In this document: positions 39,102 through 48,025 of the stretch, in pieces
Numbering within the stretch: the stretch's first letter is position 1
How the letters are laid out: the number at the start of each line of letters is the position of its first letter
NCBI GenBank assembly: GCA_965261545.1
Contig: CBDHDF010000007.1
Coordinates: 320,001-384,000 of the forward strand
Length of the DNA stretch: 64,000 nucleotides
Origin: Bdellovibrionales bacterium
GTDB taxonomy: Bacteria > Bdellovibrionota > Bdellovibrionia > Bdellovibrionales > UBA1609
Direction of reading: 5' to 3'
The notes under the pieces: generated by a model
What the model saw: the letters and a program-made list of their open reading frames with translations, nothing else
The model's database searches: none
What the model was told of the DNA's origin: nothing
Program-made: the position numbers and the translations under genes

Positions 39102-41009
39102 TTAGCATGATGGACCTTTTGACCAGTTACAGTTCAGCAAGATATAGCTTGAGTATTCATAGAATTTAAGGAGGTTTTCATTGAGTTCAATGGTGTCAAT
39201 GACGCTACTTTTGGTCATTCTCAGAGCCTTATTATAGGGGAGCAAAACCACGCGCTGAATATTGTCTTGGTTGTGAAGCAGAGAAGATCCGAGCCATTTA
39301 AAGTCACTCCATGGTACCGGTCTATGTGCATACACGGCTTTATTATGAGCTTTATGCCGAGATCCATGAAACCCAGACCCATTGTAGGAAACTATTTTTT
39401 TGTTCACATCTAAAAGACTTAAAACTGTGGGGGCGAGATCTAAGTGAGACCCCAAAGTTTCACTGATATAAGGCTTTATGAGATTTTGAGAGTACATGAT
39501 GAGGGGAATGCACTCACCAGAACAATTTTGATTGATTTCCATGCCAGATTCATGGTCTCCAAAAATAAAGAAAATTGTATTTTCAGCTAAATAGGTCGAT
39601 TGAATTTCTTGAAAAAACGTTCTTAAAGCGTCGTCGACTTCACTCATAGTTACAAGGTACTTTTTTTGAAGCGTTTCTAAATTTGTATTTGAGAAATCAA
39701 ATTTCTCCCAACTCTTTGGATAGAAGTTTTTAAAGGGGCCATGGGACTGCATGGTGATAAGATAAGTAAAGAGTGGAGAGGGAGTCGTGGAGTTCATTTC
39801 TTGAGGCAAATCTCTAATTTTCTTAATCGTTTGCACAAAAAAGGCTTTATCTTTGGATTTCCATCCAGAGGCATTGCCCTTATAGTCTTTAGCATCCCAA
39901 AAATTAGTCAGACCAATTTTCTGATAATTGTTTTTGCGGTTAAAGAAAGTTCCAAAATTCGCATGGGCCGCAACGGTTTGGTAACCACGGTCTTGCAGAA
40001 TTTTAATAAGATTTTCTTTTTTAATGTAGTCAGATTTGGCATGGCTGATTCCCGGCACACCTTCTTGAGGTATTAAACTTAAAAATGTGGCAAGCTCAGC
40101 GTCACTGGATCCACCGCCTCCATGTTGGGCATAAAAGTTCTTAAAATAGATGGACTTATCCCTAAGACCCCTGAGAAAGGGCATGATCTCCACGCCATTC
40201 ACTTTATAGTCGATGACGTCACGATCTAAGGATTCCACTTGAATCATGATAAGGTGGGGTCTGGAGGGAAGATTGTGAAAAGCTTTAGAAACCATAGAGG
40301 TTTTTGAGAAGTTTCCCTGGCCCTGCTGATTCACGGGTCCCGGGTACTTAAAATTTGAGGAGTTTGATAACTTATGGTGACGGAACATGGTATAAGTAAA
40401 GTAATATTGCTTAAAATAAGTGGAGATAAGCCCCCTTCGAGTGACATGTTGAGCAGCATCATAGATTCGCGTCTTTTGAGGTTCACCATGGTCCGCAATA
40501 AAAATATCCTTTAAAGGGTATAAGTTCCAAATCAATATGAGGATGACAAAAACTTTGGCCTTTCGTGTCCAAGTTGACTCTATGTTTTTTATGAGAGGTA
40601 TGGAAAGAACTAGGAGAACTGTGAGCAAGAAAACAACGAGCCACTCCTTAAAGCCCATAAATTGGATGACAATATGGTCAATAACATGGGCACCTTCATG
40701 AAAATTTTCGATAAGTCCCAAAGGGGGGAGGACTCCCTTGTATCCATTGTGAATAAGTATGGCAATGGCTAAAAAATGAAAAGTCAGTAAGAAAATTGAA
40801 GAGGCGATCCATGCCATCCTCCGTGTTTTGCAAAAACACCATAGAGTGCAAAGATAAAGGGCACCAGGAAAGAGGGAGTAGGGGATGTAGAACTTAATAA
40901 AATGTATATTTTTGAGAATGATGTTGGGATCTGAAGTGAAGGGAAAATAAAGATCTGTTGTGAAGAGAAGGTGAACGCCCGCAAGCATCAAGATAGCTAA
41001 ATAGATCAT
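39102..41009 (-). CDS. LTA synthase / phosphoglycerol transferase (sulfatase-fold) membrane protein
   Basis: 5 N-terminal TMs; QVESLD, GGSSDAE, H.N...FFNR, TMQSHGPF, FGDH, SHLDLAPT. Confidence 0.85.
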   Translation of the reverse strand: MIYLAILMLAGVHLLFTTDLYFPFTSDPNIILKNIHFIKFYIPYSLFPGALYLCTLWCFCKTRRMAWIASSIFLLTFHFLAIAILIHNGYKGVLPPLGLIENFHEGAHVIDHIVIQFMGFKEWLVVFLLTVLLVLSIPLIKNIESTWTRKAKVFVILILIWNLYPLKDIFIADHGEPQKTRIYDAAQHVTRRGLISTYFKQYYFTYTMFRHHKLSNSSNFKYPGPVNQQGQGNFSKTSMVSKAFHNLPSRPHLIMIQVESLDRDVIDYKVNGVEIMPFLRGLRDKSIYFKNFYAQHGGGGSSDAELATFLSLIPQEGVPGISHAKSDYIKKENLIKILQDRGYQTVAAHANFGTFFNRKNNYQKIGLTNFWDAKDYKGNASGWKSKDKAFFVQTIKKIRDLPQEMNSTTPSPLFTYLITMQSHGPFKNFYPKSWEKFDFSNTNLETLQKKYLVTMSEVDDALRTFFQEIQSTYLAENTIFFIFGDHESGMEINQNCSGECIPLIMYSQNLIKPYISETLGSHLDLAPTVLSLLDVNKKIVSYNGSGFHGSRHKAHNKAVYAHRPVPWSDFKWLGSSLLHNQDNIQRVVLLPYNKALRMTKSSVIDTIELNENLLKFYEYSSYILLNCNWSKGPSC

Positions 41010-41127
41010 TAGGGGTTACTTATATGCGTGAGGTTGAGTAAGTCAATGCCTTATAATGCTCTGCACACCTAACAGGGCGCGTGTTTTCAGAGGGGGGGGC
41101 TTCTTCGAGTTGAAAAAAATGGACGCA

Positions 41128-42105
41128 TCATTTTTTTTTTGAAGTTGATTTTTTTGATGTTGGCTTGGCTTTTGGGGGGTGGGAGCCTTGGGGTTGGGGG
41201 GAATTTATTTCAGGCAAAGGCTTTCTTTTTCTCATAAATCTGATAATTCCCACCACACTGAAAGTCATGAGAAGCACGGAGATGATTTCAGCTTGAGTGA
41301 CTTGTATGAAGCTGAAATCATATCGTACATTGACTCTAATTTGCTCAATAAGAAGTCTCTCAAAGCCCAGAAAAAAGAGGCCAAGACTGAATAGCCACCC
41401 AGGCTGGAACTTATGCCTACGGATGAACCAGAAAAATAAGAAGAGAACGACGCCGGCAAGAGCCTCGTAGAGAGGGGTCGGGTAAACAGGAGCTTCCAGT
41501 TGAACACCTATGACGTTGTTTGTGTAAGGGTGGGCCCAAAGCCCTTCGGGCCACCATTGTGGTTTGAGGTCGAGGTTGGCAACAATTCCCCAATCACCGT
41601 CTCCTGAGAGGTGGCAGCCCATGCGTCCCACAGCGTAGCCGATAAAAAGGACGGGTGTGACAGCATCGCAGAGAACCTTGGCAGGATGTCCACGTTTTTT
41701 TACAAACCAAATGGCTACAGTAAAGCCAAACAAAAGGCCACCAAAAATGGTCCAACCACCCCGTGAGAAGAACATTTCAAAGGGGGATTGGAGAAATTCA
41801 CGAGGGTACTCGAGCAAATAAAAAATTTTAGCTCCCAGCATCGCAAAGAAAATGGAGACTATGCAGAGATTTTGTGCAAACTCACTGGGGGAGCATGGAA
41901 GTTGTATGACCTTAGAATTTTGGAGGCGTTTCAATTCGAGGCTAAAAATGTAAATTCCCAAGATAAAGCTAAGGGCGACACATAGTCCGAATGTGGGAAT
42001 GTATTGAGTGAAAGGAAATTCGATGCCTGTAAGTGCGTATAAGATATCTTTTAAGAAAGGAAAGGACATAGAGTTCATTTTATGACAAGTAAAAAAATGA
42101 CTCAA
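41128..42105 (-). CDS. lgt: Prolipoprotein diacylglyceryl transferase
   Basis: GAKIFY, GGWTIFGG, GRMGCHLSGDGDWG, YPTPLYE, RLLIEQIR; start may be the ATG at 42078. Confidence 0.9.
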   Translation of the reverse strand: MSHFFTCHKMNSMSFPFLKDILYALTGIEFPFTQYIPTFGLCVALSFILGIYIFSLELKRLQNSKVIQLPCSPSEFAQNLCIVSIFFAMLGAKIFYLLEYPREFLQSPFEMFFSRGGWTIFGGLLFGFTVAIWFVKKRGHPAKVLCDAVTPVLFIGYAVGRMGCHLSGDGDWGIVANLDLKPQWWPEGLWAHPYTNNVIGVQLEAPVYPTPLYEALAGVVLFLFFWFIRRHKFQPGWLFSLGLFFLGFERLLIEQIRVNVRYDFSFIQVTQAEIISVLLMTFSVVGIIRFMRKRKPLPEINSPQPQGSHPPKAKPTSKKSTSKKK

Positions 42106-42142
42106 CGAATAACTACCTGAGTTATTTGTAACTGCTTAACTA

Positions 42143-43984
42143 GTCGCTGTCGCGAAATTAAAAAGGGCCGTTTATGTGCCCTCATTTGGACTTGGGCTCT
42201 GAAGTAGCCTCTTTTTAACTTTCCCTTGTTCTACCCACCCTTGAAGCTTGGAGTTGGCATCGTCACCGCTAAATTTCTCATAATTTGGTGCAGATTGAAC
42301 CCCATGGTCGAGCGATACCCCGAAGCCAGTGTGGCCCCATCCCCTTTCATCTTGCTTCTTGCTAATCCAAAGTTTTTGACATGCCCTATGAGAGGTTCGA
42401 CCCCCGACCTGCGATTGTATAATTCTTCTTTCTGGGGGGCTTCGACCTGTTCTTTTACGTTGGCAGGTCTTTGAATTCCATCTGCATTTCCCACAACATC
42501 TTTGACGAGATTGACGTTGGCTTGTGAATAATACCCCTTGTCTGTTGTAACTGACTCTAAAATATCTTCGCCAAATATTTTTTGATGTTCTTCCAATATA
42601 GCTGGCAATAACTCCTTGTCGTCCATTCTCACAGAAGTGCAAGTATAGGGAACAATAAAATTTCCACCAATCCGCCCGACTTGGAAGACCCTCCCAAACT
42701 CCTTGTCTTTGCCTAACTTCCCCTTTTTGATACAGGCGACCGCACACAATTTGAAGGCAAGGATTTTGCCAGGCTTGATGGTGTGAGTTCTTACAAAATG
42801 GGCCACGTCCAAAAGGTATCTCCAAGCCTTGTCTCTCACTTCTGTGACGGCTTCTCGGTGGTTCCAAGGAAGACTCGCTAGAGCCTGTGGAGAAAGATTT
42901 TCTGCAAACCTTATAAAGGCTTTTAACTCTGACTTTACAAGACTGTGAAGGTCTGAAAATACCTCCCTCTTCTTCTCTAATACACAATTTTTGGCTAGAA
43001 AAAAATACTTTCGAGCGGCCTTGATGATGGCTTTGATATCTATGGTTATACCCGATGGTAAGTAGGTCTTCTGCTTTTCTTGAAGATACGAAAGAATTTT
43101 GTAACACTTCTGAGCCAACTTTTGCAAAAGACTGGCATCGGAGGGATAAGCCATATTAGCTTCCTGAACGGTCGAATCGACATCCAAATGAGAGGCGTCT
43201 GCAAACCCCAGGGATTGAGCCAAGCGAAGAATATAATCTCCTATTTCTTTGTGAGTCTCTTCCGTCAGTCGATTGCGAAATTTTTCTATTTTCGTATGAT
43301 CGGGACAACACCATTTTTTGAGGATATTTAGACCACAAAAAAGCTGATAACTGGCCGTCTCTTTTATCCGTTGCTCCACCCCTCGATCCGTGAGTTTGAA
43401 TAGAACCTGAAGCAGCAGCACGGCTAGATGAACTCTTAAAAAGAGCTTTCTTCCTAGCCACCAAAAACCCTTTGCAGTCGTGGCTTTTAAGTCGGGCATG
43501 ACCAGACACGACAGATAGCTCCAATCGACGTGGTTGGCCAGTTGAATCAGAGGATCGGATTCTGTGACGATAATAGATACCTTGGCAGGGTGGACCTTGG
43601 TTTCGAGGCCTTCTGGGCATAAACTCATAGCGATAATCCTTTATCATGAGGTGAAACATGGTAATAAGGTTAACAGGAGGCCCAATGAAAAAGAAGCAAA
43701 TCATTCAACCAAGAAGGAAAGAACTTGAAAAGGCTATTAGTGATTTTTGTGACCAATATATAAACGATGACGACACATCCTCGCCCACAGGACGAGGGTG
43801 TGTTTTGACCCTAAGGGTCTACTTAATCCTGCTGGCCTACCTTTCCTCTGCTCATCAAAATGAAAATTGATAGCTTTGGAGGAACCTTAAGTAAAAGATA
43901 TGCATGGTCCTCCTGAACATTCAACTAACGCTACATCCTGACCTTTCAAACTCAAACAAAACCTTGGAATGAATGAACTTACCT
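42143..43984 (-). mobile_element. ISNCY (ISDol1-like)/IS5-like element, 5' end truncated by IS3
   Basis: End GTCGCTGTCGCGAAA preceded by TAACTA (same TAnnTA target pattern as element D); second TIR not found. Confidence 0.65.
42231..43628 (-). CDS. DDE transposase (IS5/ISNCY-like)
   Basis: PDHTKIEKFRNRL, DSTVQEANMAYPSDASLL, KGK..EFG, TDKGY, RRSGVEPLIGHVK. Confidence 0.88.
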   Translation of the reverse strand: MSLCPEGLETKVHPAKVSIIVTESDPLIQLANHVDWSYLSCLVMPDLKATTAKGFWWLGRKLFLRVHLAVLLLQVLFKLTDRGVEQRIKETASYQLFCGLNILKKWCCPDHTKIEKFRNRLTEETHKEIGDYILRLAQSLGFADASHLDVDSTVQEANMAYPSDASLLQKLAQKCYKILSYLQEKQKTYLPSGITIDIKAIIKAARKYFFLAKNCVLEKKREVFSDLHSLVKSELKAFIRFAENLSPQALASLPWNHREAVTEVRDKAWRYLLDVAHFVRTHTIKPGKILAFKLCAVACIKKGKLGKDKEFGRVFQVGRIGGNFIVPYTCTSVRMDDKELLPAILEEHQKIFGEDILESVTTDKGYYSQANVNLVKDVVGNADGIQRPANVKEQVEAPQKEELYNRRSGVEPLIGHVKNFGLARSKMKGDGATLASGYRSTMGFNLHQIMRNLAVTMPTPSFKGG

Positions 43985-44494
43985 TGAGGTGGACCCCAAT
44001 GTCAGACTGAAAAACTTGATTTTTAAGCTACACCACAGCGCACAAAGAAGCCCCGTGTTAATGTGTTAAATCCACCTCTCCCATATGCACCTGATAAGGG
44101 GTGCAATCCTGAAGAGACTGGTGTGGCCTTTTATTATTATAAAAATTAAAATACGTTTTAAAACCTTTGTTGGCTTGAACCATTGATTTGTCTTGATAGC
44201 CTTTCAAGTAAACCTCTTCGTACTTAACAGACCGCCAAAGCCGCTCGATCATGATGTTGTCTAAACACCTGCCTTTGCCGTCCATACTGATCGAGATTCC
44301 ATGATTTTTCAATAATTTTGTGAAAACCTCAGAAGTGAATTGGCACCCTTGATCAGTATTGACGATATCAGGGCAACCAAATGTTTCTATGGCTTCCTCA
44401 AAGACTTCTAAACAAAAAGTTGTCTCAAGGCTATTAGAAAGTCTCCAAGACAGAACAAATCGGCTAAACCAATCTATCACAGCTACCCATAGGT

Positions 44495-45905
44495 CAATGC
44501 CGTTTCCTTAAGCCACCACACCCCTCTGCGTTAAGCTATTTCTTTTAAAAGAACTCCCAGCCCTTTTGATAGACCTTTCATAGCTTCTTTTGAAGTGCCT
44601 CCTCTTCTCCATTGAAATCTTCATCAGCAACTTTATCTGCTTCCTAAATTTCTGATAGAGCCCCGCAACAAAAAGAGGGATGCTATCCATTATGAAATCA
44701 AGAATCAGTTTAAAGTTAGGTTTTTTGTAGTCATTTTTCACCAACTGATTCACACTGTCTTCATCCTCATTTATGCTCATTTGAATCTTTGTATAATTGA
44801 AGAGCCAAAAATAAGAATACAGCTCTTGCAATATTCCATTAAGGCTTGTTGAGTGCCACTGCTCCATTTTCATTGTCGATGTAAAATCACGAAATGTCGT
44901 TTCTATTTCCCAACGACGAGAGTAAAGAGCAACCATATCCTTCTTGTCCAAGGAGCCATGCGGAAGATTAGTGGCCAAAACAGAGAACTCCCCAGTCTTT
45001 GGGTTTTTATACTTATAGAGATGAATGACCACCCCCTCAATAACCATTTGTGAATACCAACCTGGGCCATTAAATAAATTTACGATGGGGATAAAAGTAG
45101 AGCCTCGCTTACAACGCGCAATAAAGAAGTTACTGGCTTGAGCATGGGCCTTAATAATCTCTGTAGATAAATAAAGCCTATCGTAGAGAGTTATGCTATT
45201 ACTCTCAAAACTACCTATCATTTGAATAGCATTGGCGATTTCGTTGAGAGCGGGAGAAAAGCAAAGATTCTTTGTCACACCCGATAAAACGTCATAAGCA
45301 TGAGATAGATACATACGTAAGAAATGAGTTTCCATCTCATTTGGGCAAGGGTACCCACAATAACCCTCCTTTAAAAGATCTTTAGAGCGAGGAAGTGCTA
45401 ATTGGTCGCCATCTATGGCATAGATATAAAAACCATGAAACGTTTTTCTCAATGGTTCGTAGTCTGTAATCAGAGATTCAAAGATATCTTTGAAAAATAG
45501 GTAAGAAATACTTTGACGTATCTTGCTGAGACTGCTTTTGACTGGCATGAGAAGCAGGTCACCAAAATGAGTCCATACCGTCTTAAGAGCGATTTGGTAG
45601 CCTTCGTAATTTGTTCCGGAAATAAGATAGATAATGGTAAAAAAGAAAATTTGAGGATTAAATTTTCGATTCCTTTTTTGTTTTTCTGGATCGACAAGGT
45701 GCTCTGGCTTGAAGGAAGAATCAAGTTTTGGTAGAATAAAATGGTCATCTGTGACGCGAACTCGTCATTTGGGGGCTTTCGAGATCAATATTGGATTGCA
45801 TGTGACTTACTCCTTGGTTGAGGGTTGGGTGTAAAATAAAACAAGTCTTATTCTTGTCGATTTATCTAATGATTTCAAGAGATTTTTCTTAAGGAAACGG
45901 CATTG
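44495..45905 (-). mobile_element. IS4-family element A, copy 2, inserted in the left TIR of element B
   Basis: TIR CAATGCCGTTTCCTTAAG; 10-bp TSD ACCCATAGGT (44485-44494, 45906-45915). Confidence 0.93.
44508..45548 (-). CDS. IS4-family transposase (copy of 29409..30455)
   Basis: Near-identical protein lacking the 2-aa QR duplication. Confidence 0.88.
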   Translation of the reverse strand: MPVKSSLSKIRQSISYLFFKDIFESLITDYEPLRKTFHGFYIYAIDGDQLALPRSKDLLKEGYCGYPCPNEMETHFLRMYLSHAYDVLSGVTKNLCFSPALNEIANAIQMIGSFESNSITLYDRLYLSTEIIKAHAQASNFFIARCKRGSTFIPIVNLFNGPGWYSQMVIEGVVIHLYKYKNPKTGEFSVLATNLPHGSLDKKDMVALYSRRWEIETTFRDFTSTMKMEQWHSTSLNGILQELYSYFWLFNYTKIQMSINEDEDSVNQLVKNDYKKPNFKLILDFIMDSIPLFVAGLYQKFRKQIKLLMKISMEKRRHFKRSYERSIKRAGSSFKRNSLTQRGVVA

Positions 45906-46084
45906 ACCCATAGGTGTTCGTGGTTTTTTTCTAATTTTAATTCCGAATTAATGGAAATACTTTTCAAGCCTCCTTTTTTACATAGAGGGAAGTGGGCGAT
46001 TTATAAATATTTATAGATGGTATTTTGAGAAATGGACGCAGATTGACATTTGATATCCACGACAAGCCATGTGTTTTAAGAGAC

Positions 46085-46549
46085 TTAATTGTGTAACGAA
46101 AGAACTGTGGACTTTTGGGAACAACAGAATTTAAATTTCTTTCCACTTCCGCATGGACAGGATTGATTTCTTCCAATTTTTTCGCTTTGGTCATTTTTCT
46201 GCTGTGATGCAGACATATCTTCAGTTACAATTTTTTTTTGCTTTTCATCTTCCAAATCCTCATCCAAATTATCAAAAAGAATATCTCCTAGATTCTGGTG
46301 AAAGTAACGATTTTTAAATTGAGATATGAGCATCATAAAAATACATGTAAGAACCAAAAGTGTGAGTGAAGCAAAAAACAAAGAAGATGCTTGCATCTGA
46401 GTTAATGGGAGGATGAGTGCCAGTAAATAACCAAATCCAAATACCAATAAGGAAATAAGAAGAGATATAAAGGATCCCAAAGAAAGTAATATTAAAAGTC
46501 CAAAAATCATTGCTATTTTTTGCTCCTGTCGAATACAATGAATCCGCAT
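46085..46549 (-). CDS. Small membrane protein with C-terminal SEC-C zinc-binding motif (IS passenger)
   Basis: Hydrophobic N-terminal half; KIGRNQSCPCGSGKKFKFCC. Confidence 0.8.
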   Translation of the reverse strand: MRIHCIRQEQKIAMIFGLLILLSLGSFISLLISLLVFGFGYLLALILPLTQMQASSLFFASLTLLVLTCIFMMLISQFKNRYFHQNLGDILFDNLDEDLEDEKQKKIVTEDMSASQQKNDQSEKIGRNQSCPCGSGKKFKFCCSQKSTVLSLHN

Positions 46550-46654
46550 AGATACAAGTGAGTTATCTACAGACTTAATGATTCTCGCGTTAGTATCTTA
46601 ATAGGTCAAGATTAATTGGAGGAAATTTTTATTTTTTAAACGCAGGGGGCAAAT

Positions 46655-47899
46655 ATGAGCACGGAAGCTCAAACACTTAAAACGATCAAAAAATGTTTCA
46701 AGAAAGTTATTCCTGAAAAGGACTCTCGGGCAACCATTCCACCTCTTGAGTTTATTGTGGCTCTTGTCTTGTCATTCCAGGGAGACTCTAAGACATATTC
46801 AATAGAGGGAATTAGGAGGTTTATGATAAGTCATTTAGGATTAAGAATTGAAAGACACAGCTTCTGGGAAAGACTCTCTAGAAAAAGATTAAAAGAGCTT
46901 CTGAGTAAACTGGTTGAAATGCTCATGATAAAGCTATCTCATGGAGCTTTTCATGGGAGCAAAGCCATATTATTACAACTGGGAGTCTCAGACGTTCTTC
47001 TTGTTGACTCAAGCACAATAAGCCTTTGGGATGGAGCATCTGAGAATTTTCCAGGGACAAGAACAAACGCAGGAATTAAATGGCACGCTTGTTTCAGTTT
47101 ATTCAGTGGTATAATGACTTGGTTCGAATTAACTCCGTCTTCCACTAACGATAGGAAGTGCTTTCCTGATATAAAGGAACTCGTTGGAAAATTAGTCATC
47201 TTTGATTTGGGATATTGGGACTATGGCTTATTGTCATCTATTCATGAAGCTAAAGGATTTTTCTTGTCTAGAGTGAAGTCAAATGCCTCTATTCTTATTG
47301 ATGCTGTTGTTGAAGGTTTGCCAGATTACTATGTTGGAAAAGAGTTCTCTGATATTAAACTCAAGAAAAAAAACGATGTTGTTGAATTTATAGGCAGTGT
47401 CTTGTCCAATGGTAAATGGGTAAGTTTGAGAATTGTAGGCTTCTGGAATTCCTCCGAAAAACGCTATCATTGGTATTGCACGAATTTAGATGTGGCAGCG
47501 GAGTCCATATATCCAATTTATCGTTTACGTTGGCAATGTGAACTTATTTTCAAATCTTGTAAGAATTCTTTGAATGCAAATCAGATCACCTCAAACGATC
47601 AAAATATCATAGAGAGTCTTCTTCTTGCTTCATTAGCGGCTCACCTCACATCAAGTGTTGTTTTGAGGATAGGAAGAACTAAACTCAATAAGGAACAAAA
47701 TGACTCCACATCGTTTCAAAGAGTTGCTAAGGTTACCGTCTTATTAGCCTCTGATTTTATCAAATATCTCCTAAGCTCATCTCAAAAGTATTTAAATATT
47801 TTGATAGAGAAGATCAAGATATTCTCCCATGAAATTTATGACACAAACTACCGACGGCGAAAAACATCAATGAATATGGCTAAAAAGGTCTTGCTATGA
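46655..47899 (+). CDS. IS4-family DDE transposase (element B)
   Basis: LVDSSTI, GIKWH, FDLGY, YRLRWQCELIFKSCK. Confidence 0.92.
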   Translation: MSTEAQTLKTIKKCFKKVIPEKDSRATIPPLEFIVALVLSFQGDSKTYSIEGIRRFMISHLGLRIERHSFWERLSRKRLKELLSKLVEMLMIKLSHGAFHGSKAILLQLGVSDVLLVDSSTISLWDGASENFPGTRTNAGIKWHACFSLFSGIMTWFELTPSSTNDRKCFPDIKELVGKLVIFDLGYWDYGLLSSIHEAKGFFLSRVKSNASILIDAVVEGLPDYYVGKEFSDIKLKKKNDVVEFIGSVLSNGKWVSLRIVGFWNSSEKRYHWYCTNLDVAAESIYPIYRLRWQCELIFKSCKNSLNANQITSNDQNIIESLLLASLAAHLTSSVVLRIGRTKLNKEQNDSTSFQRVAKVTVLLASDFIKYLLSSSQKYLNILIEKIKIFSHEIYDTNYRRRKTSMNMAKKVLL

Positions 47900-48025
47900 A
47901 AGAATAAAAAACCACGAACACCTATGCACAGCTACCAAGTAAGCAAAGCCACCAGACAACCTTATAAAAGTAATATCAGTAGCCCACACTTGGTTGGGGG
48001 AGCAGATATTAAGCCCCTTAAGTAG

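Larger units (their letters stand above)
44488..47926 (+). mobile_element. IS4-family element B (2018 bp net) carrying a passenger SEC-C gene
   Basis: TIR CATAGGTGTTCGTGGTTTTT; 10-bp TSD CACAGCTACC (44478-44487, 47927-47936). Confidence 0.9.

Noticed and set aside
42172..43107. 311-aa alternative-frame ORF and the 182-aa ORF at 43156..43704
   Set aside because: Same-strand shadow frames of the transposase with no recognisable motifs
43658..43870. 70-aa divergent ORF as an IS passenger gene
   Set aside because: Short with no motif; cannot be supported from sequence alone
44030..44045. CACAGCGCAC as the missing TIR of the 42143 element
   Set aside because: It lies inside the IS3 right end, matches poorly and lacks the TAACTA duplication
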